DNA of 10,317 nucleotides from an uncultured Nitrososphaeraceae archaeon (lineage in GTDB: Archaea > Thermoproteota > Nitrososphaeria > Nitrososphaerales > Nitrososphaeraceae): contig CAVXZB010000050.1 in assembly GCA_963765895.1 (NCBI GenBank), positions 1 through 10,317 of the forward strand. Direction: 5' to 3'. This document shows, piece after piece, positions 7,768-10,317 of this stretch. The notes below the pieces were generated by a model. It ran no database searches, was not told the DNA's origin, and saw nothing but the letters and a program-made list of their open reading frames with translations. Position 1 is the stretch's first letter; each line of letters begins with the position of its first letter. The position numbers were made by a program, and so were the translations under genes.

Positions 7768-8500
7768 TCACTTATCGATTATAACCGATTGACCGCTGAT
7801 GTATTTATGCCGATTATTAAATATCATTTCGACAATTCTTTGCGCGATTTGTTCCGGCTTTAACATTTTATTCTTATTTTCTCTGTGATAGTCTTTATCT
7901 AAATCTTCCTGCATCCGGGTATTTACTTCGCCTGGACATATTGCCATGACAATTATATTTGTGTCACTCACTTCCCATGCTAGACTTTCAGTCAGTCCTA
8001 TCATACCAAATTTGCTCGCACAATACGCAGAAATATTAGGGAAACCCATTTTTCCTGCTCCTGAACTCACATTAATTATTACACCAGATCCATTTCTCAA
8101 CATTAAAGGCAGAACAGCTTTTGGTACATAAGAAGGTCCCTTTCAAATTTATATCGATAGTTTTGTTCCATTGTTCTTCTGAGGTATCAATTAATTTACT
8201 GATAAATGCTATGCCTGCATTGTTCACTAAAACATCTACACCTTCAAAACAATCAATGGCCTTCTGAACCAGTTGGCTTACTTCTAGTGGTTTACTAACA
8301 TCACATTTCACACCAATAGCATTATTGTTATTATTATTGTTATTATTATTCTTCAATCCCTTAATCTCCTTTATTACTGAGTCAATTTCACCCTGAGTTC
8401 TAGAACACACGACAATATTTAGACCATTTTTAGCCAATAAAAGGGCAGTTTCTTTTCCAATGCCCCTGCCAGCTCCAGTGATGATTGCTGTCTTGTACAT
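7768..8500 (-). pseudogene. Short-chain dehydrogenase/reductase (classical SDR, FabG-like), split by a +1 frameshift
   Basis: TGAGRGIG, CDV and NNAG are in the 5' part; NVSS, YCASK and ICPG are in the 3' part. Removing one A from the AAAA run (TTTT at 8119..8122) gives the continuous ...GTFLCTKAVLPLMLRNGSG... The likely start is ATG 8500 (MYKTAIITG), with TATA TTATATAT at 8532..8539. Confidence 0.9.
8321..8350 (-). repeat. AAT/AAC trinucleotide microsatellite encoding Asn10
   Basis: Ten codons in the SDR frame, with a higher-order 12-bp unit (AACAATAATAAT). Confidence 0.92.
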
Positions 8501-8662
8501 ATTAATAGAGTATCTTAAAGCCTGCCCATTCATATATAATCTAGTTTACGGTCTGAAAAGCGAAAGAATATTTTATAAGATAAATCTTTGATAAGATGCT
8601 CATATCGTGAGCTAACATCAAAAATGAGTAGTCAATAAGATAACATAACCTAACGCTATTCA

Positions 8663-8992
8663 TTATCCCAAATACTTGATATTTATTAGATGATCAACAT
8701 TTGAGACAAAAATTATTCCATCTCCTTGTTCACCATTCTTCCCGGATCTTGCAGATTCTATTATAGTCTTTATGACTTCTTTGACTTGGGAATCAGGAAG
8801 GACTAGCTCAAATTTGGCCCTCTGGATTAAGTCATAAGATACAAGTTGACCCCTCCACTGGAGGTGAAGCTCTCTAGTCTTGCTCCAACCCATCACAGTT
8901 GATATGGTCATTCCTGAGACACCCATATCCCTTAGACGCTCCTTTATGTGAGGCATTCTCTCTGCTCTTACGATCGCGTCTACCTTTTTCAA
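8663..8992 (-). CDS. P-II family signal transduction protein (GlnB/GlnK fold), non-canonical
   Basis: MKKVDAIVR, GVSGMT, WRG, K60-FELVLPD, TIIESARSG and GDGIIFV align without gaps to GlnB residues 1-84. TTG start. Confidence 0.92.
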   Translation of the reverse strand: MKKVDAIVRAERMPHIKERLRDMGVSGMTISTVMGWSKTRELHLQWRGQLVSYDLIQRAKFELVLPDSQVKEVIKTIIESARSGKNGEQGDGIIFVSNVDHLINIKYLG

Positions 8993-9015
8993 TATGACTT
9001 ATTCCGAGGAATTAG

Positions 9016-9034
9016 TTTATATTCATTTATTAAA
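9016..9034. promoter_or_regulatory. Back-to-back TATA boxes of a divergent promoter
   Basis: Minus-strand TATAAA (9016..9021) is ~24 bp from the P-II TTG (8992). Plus-strand TTTATTAAA (9026..9034) is ~24 bp from ATG 9058. This is typical of leaderless archaeal transcripts. Confidence 0.6.
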
Positions 9035-9057
9035 TGCGCCACACAAATGGTAGTTGA

Positions 9058-9447
9058 ATGACCGGCACCGAACTAGAGGATCTCTGCAACAAGATTGTCC
9101 AATCCGATGACTCCATAAGATTTGTAGGTATCGCAGACAAATATGGCAAGCAAGTAATTGTTAAGTATCGAGACGGTCTTGTTCCTTACTTGAATCAGAC
9201 AGAGTCAGAGATTTACTCCATTGATACTGTAATGAGAATGAATAGTAGGAAGGAAATGGAGTCGAAGCTCGGTAAGGTGATTTATTCATTCACACTATAT
9301 GAAAACCTTAAACGTGCCACTATATACATTGGAAATAATGATTATCCAGTCCTAATGGCATCCTTTGACACTCGTTCGGATCATGATAACATCATACTAA
9401 ATAAAATATTGCCTATTGTGAAAGCGAAGCTTGGATCATCTATTTGA
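9058..9447 (+). CDS. DUF6659-like thaumarchaeal protein (roadblock/profilin-like fold)
   Basis: LCNKI..D.SIRFVGIADKYG....YRDGLVPYL...ES.......R......LGKVIYS...YE.LKR pattern of the multicopy thaumarchaeal family. The family name is from recall. Confidence 0.8.
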   Translation: MTGTELEDLCNKIVQSDDSIRFVGIADKYGKQVIVKYRDGLVPYLNQTESEIYSIDTVMRMNSRKEMESKLGKVIYSFTLYENLKRATIYIGNNDYPVLMASFDTRSDHDNIILNKILPIVKAKLGSSI

Positions 9448-9457
9448 GTTGATAAGA

Positions 9458-9732
9458 ATGGCTTTTAGAGTAGAAATTGCCTTAGATGTAGCTAGAAACG
9501 ATACTGCTACTGTTCAAATAAAAATAAACAAGATCTTTATCAAGCACTAACAAATCGAAAAATGTTGGATACGGTGCCGGAACAAGGACATGATTACATA
9601 TATCGGGGCAAAGAGGCATTCATTGATGTATCTAGATTCGATCAATCACAGAAAGGTAAAAAGGATAAAATTATAAATTATTTTATTAACATTGAAAACA
9701 AGATAAAATTAGAGGAATTAAGATTTTATTAA
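9458..9732 (+). pseudogene. Probable ~90-aa hypothetical gene, split by a 1-bp shift, absent from the ORF track
   Basis: ATG 9458, 10 bp after the DUF6659 stop, reads MAFRVEIALDVARNDTATVQIK. Frame 1 is open 9496..9732 (QDLYQALTNRKMLDTVPEQGHDYIYRGKEAFIDVSRF...LEELRFY*). The junction falls in A-rich 9516..9528. Confidence 0.5.
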
Positions 9733-9807
9733 TGCACAGTTAACTAATTTGTTGCTGTTGAAAGATTTTATTGGTCTCTGGTCCGATGTTAAAAGATTGT
9801 TTAGAGT

Positions 9808-9823
9808 GCTTATGGCCATAAGC
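9808..9823. repeat. Perfect 16-bp palindrome GCTTATGGCCATAAGC
   Basis: Self-reverse-complementary, lying between convergent ORFs. Confidence 0.85.
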
Positions 9824-9932
9824 TGAGACCTGGGTTATAACGATCATGCAATAACTGCATCAATAACTTTCTTATGATAAAAACCAAGATATTTGCGAAA
9901 TGGAAAGGTAAACCATTACACTCTAATCCGCA

Positions 9933-10180
9933 TCACACGTCGTTTTTAACTTCTTTTACAACTAAGTCAATATACTTCCTTAATTCCTTTTCATCCAATT
10001 CTATATCTTCTTTACTCATTGCTAAACTGCTTTATTAGTTGTAATTTTAGTAACGGTTCTTTGAATTTCGTTTTCTATTTCAGCATCTCCAATTAAGCTC
10101 AGCATCCTTGATTCTAAGGTATATTTTCGAATTGACTTACGTAAAAGATCATTATGTGAGACAAGTTTTGCAGAATTATG
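9933..10180 (-). pseudogene. 3' remnant (cytoplasmic tail) of a thaumarchaeal multi-pass membrane protein gene
   Basis: HNSAKLVSHNDLLRKSIRKYTLESRMLSLIGDAEIENEIQRTVTKI is followed, after a 1-bp loss at 10024..10026, by AMSKEDIELDEKELRKYIDLVVKEVKNDV*. This resembles the LRKSI...LL..IG.A.....IQ..V tail I recall from a multicopy Nitrososphaeraceae family. An in-frame TAA at 10190..10192 lies upstream and no TM-coding part is visible. Confidence 0.65.
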
Positions 10181-10317
10181 TACGTGTATTTACTCCAGCT
10201 GATGTAAGAATTTATTCCAGGTTAATCTATTATATAAACTAGTATAGTTTATAGCCTTACAAGATTAGCTAATTGTCGGCGGGATTACACTATTTGTATC
10301 CCATAACTATCGACTAT

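Noticed and set aside
8119-8122. Programmed ribosomal frameshift in the SDR
   Set aside because: It would need a +1 shift at a 4-A run with no evident stimulator. A homopolymer indel is simpler.
7946-8131. 61-aa ORF on the plus strand
   Set aside because: Antisense shadow of the SDR gene.
8663-8992. Assigning the symbol glnB or glnK
   Set aside because: Key functional residues and the amtB/glnA context are missing, so a specific symbol is not justified.
3501-9823. Near-even spacing (~3.17 and ~3.14 kb) of the three perfect palindromes
   Set aside because: Only three points with unrelated sequences, so most likely coincidence.

Overview
AT-rich archaeal chromosomal accessory region. The gene families and TATA-led, short-leader promoters point to a soil ammonia-oxidising archaeon (Nitrososphaeraceae, Nitrosocosmicus-like); this is inference from recalled family membership. 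The window opens exactly at the left end of a decayed IS5-family (ISH1-like) element (1..946). A second, diverged copy in the opposite orientation (2306..3262) has its own 8-bp target duplication. Between them lie a DUF488/YeaO gene and a small Cys-rich Zn-ribbon gene. Downstream are a palindrome-rich 570-bp non-coding stretch, a broken stand-alone response regulator, a CopD/DUF2269-like membrane protein, a frameshifted ferritin-like (DUF892) gene, a small hypothetical gene with an 18-bp palindrome on its start, a 4-TM membrane protein and a frameshifted SDR with a poly-Asn loop. Then come a strongly non-canonical P-II gene divergently paired with a DUF6659 (roadblock-like) gene, and two further broken ORFs. 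About half of the genes carry small indels, several in homopolymers, so pseudogenisation and assembly error cannot be separated from sequence alone. I see no clear-cut novel multi-gene system. The best leads are the P-II/DUF6659 pair and the structured non-coding region at 3271..3844.
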